From Isurus oxyrinchus (Eukaryota), in the NCBI GenBank assembly GCA_026770705.1, contig JANJGN010000001.1, forward strand, positions 182,900,001 through 182,964,000: 64,000 nucleotides of DNA, read 5' to 3'. The notes beneath the pieces are model-generated. The model was not told where the DNA came from, searched no databases, and saw only the letters and a list, made by a program, of their open reading frames with translations. Of the stretch, positions 62,481 to 64,000 are shown one piece after another. The translations under genes were made by a program, and so were the position numbers. How positions within the stretch are numbered: the first letter of the stretch is position 1; each line of letters starts with the position of its first letter.

Positions 62481-64000
62481 GCCCTTGTTTTATTTATTTA
62501 ATTCACATTAAATTAAAATTAGGTGCTCTTTTTAAACTTATTTAGTTCTTGCTCTTTCAGTCTACTCTGAATTTTGCTCTTTTATTTTATTCTTTATTTA
62601 ACTTTTGCTTATTATTTGTCAGATTTTAAATTCATAAAACTTCAGAACCCTTTACTGCTAATACCCTCTAGTTAGCTTTAATTTAATCCTCCTAGATCTC
62701 ATTAATCAATTAAACATCAACCAATGACTTCTTAGTGTATGAAATTAGCCACAACAAAATTGCCACCTTTAAAATCAACAATATATCAAGACTTTGTAAA
62801 AATAATTAGATTTTTTTGTTAAAATAACCAAGAGAGTTTCATATGAGCATATCAACCCATTACTTTTAATATGACACAGCAAGATTTCAACCCAATAGAG
62901 AGCATATGGTGGTTTCTGTAAGAAGTGGCTGAATGCTCAACCAAGCTTGAGGCTATGGTATCATGTTGGAGTAAAGTATTAAAACTTAATTGTGTTTACA
63001 TGTATAACTGTGTTCTATCCCACATACTCGAGTGCTTCATTCTGACCTTTGCTTTTGAAAGAGGAATATTCTACCCAGCAACATGCACACTCAAGAATAC
63101 CATACACATCCTTCAAATTGGTAGAGCAAAATTTCACACAAAAAAGTTTAAAGAAACATAGAAAATCAGTTAGAGCCAAAAGACAAATGCCTTATTTGCC
63201 CAGTCAATATTCTTTTCCTTCTTAGTTCCTTTCATTTTGTGCACAATATTAAAGTTGCAGTTTATCCCTTCAGTCCTGATTGATATAATACACAGTGAAA
63301 GGACTGTGATTTATAACATCAGTTGTAGGATTATGCCTTTCAGTAACAGTGCTCATTAGCCAACAACAACAGAATTTATTTTCCCACAATGGAACATTCT
63401 GCTCTATCAGATAATGCTCTCGGCATGCTGGTCATCAGGCTACTATTCTTTGATGCTACTTTGTGGTCATCTAAATTAAGGAAAAAGAAGCTTCCATAGC
63501 CAGCTTAATACTAGGAATACTTTCATATTCCAATTCTTCAGTGGATCATCAAAACTCAAGGGATGATATTGTGACTAGGGAACAGTACTAGGATGAGTGA
63601 TGGACAATATAGCTGACATGAAATTTTACTATTGATGACCACTTTATCTACTTTCACCTCATGTCATCACCAAACTATGAACCTTGCAGGAGACTGTTAA
63701 GAACAGCATTCAAATGATTTTTGAACAATCTGAATTGAAACTGAACTAAATAACATATTCAGTGATGATCAGAGTTTTAAACTGCAGCAGTCTTTGAAAT
63801 ATAGGTATTGATACAGCTGAGCAATGTTGAATGCACAGTCTAACAAAATAATTTGCATATGATATTTAAATAAATTATTCAGTATGCTTATTTTGACAGT
63901 CAATAGGGCAACGTTTTCGAGTTCATTTGATATAATCAATTACACTTATTTTATAGAATTATTTTTATTAATACAAAAATGCCTTTGTCCAATCCCCAAT

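Overview
Vertebrate non-coding DNA, most likely from a cartilaginous fish (shark), judged from its repeat repertoire. I found no intact host protein-coding gene. Layout: (1) 1-6275 is a ~24-25 bp minisatellite split by a CR1 LINE that carries a solo LTR. (2) ~6280-15050 is a transposon-free, CpG-retaining unique island with enhancer-like blocks and a strong CTCF motif near its right edge. (3) ~15050-62500 is a deeply nested transposon graveyard: a Gmr1-type Gypsy (integrase before RT), a canonical Gypsy whose 5' LTR is inverted, CR1/L2/RTE LINEs, SINEs, Harbinger-type MITEs, a Myb/SANT-only Harbinger and two subfamilies of Penelope-like elements (PLEs). The PLEs form TSD-flanked palindromes and carry a minimal hammerhead-ribozyme fold with a family-wide non-canonical core (CUGU instead of CUGA). 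Long ORFs in the track are repeat artefacts or decayed TE genes. Boundaries without a stated TSD are approximate, and no database searches were run.
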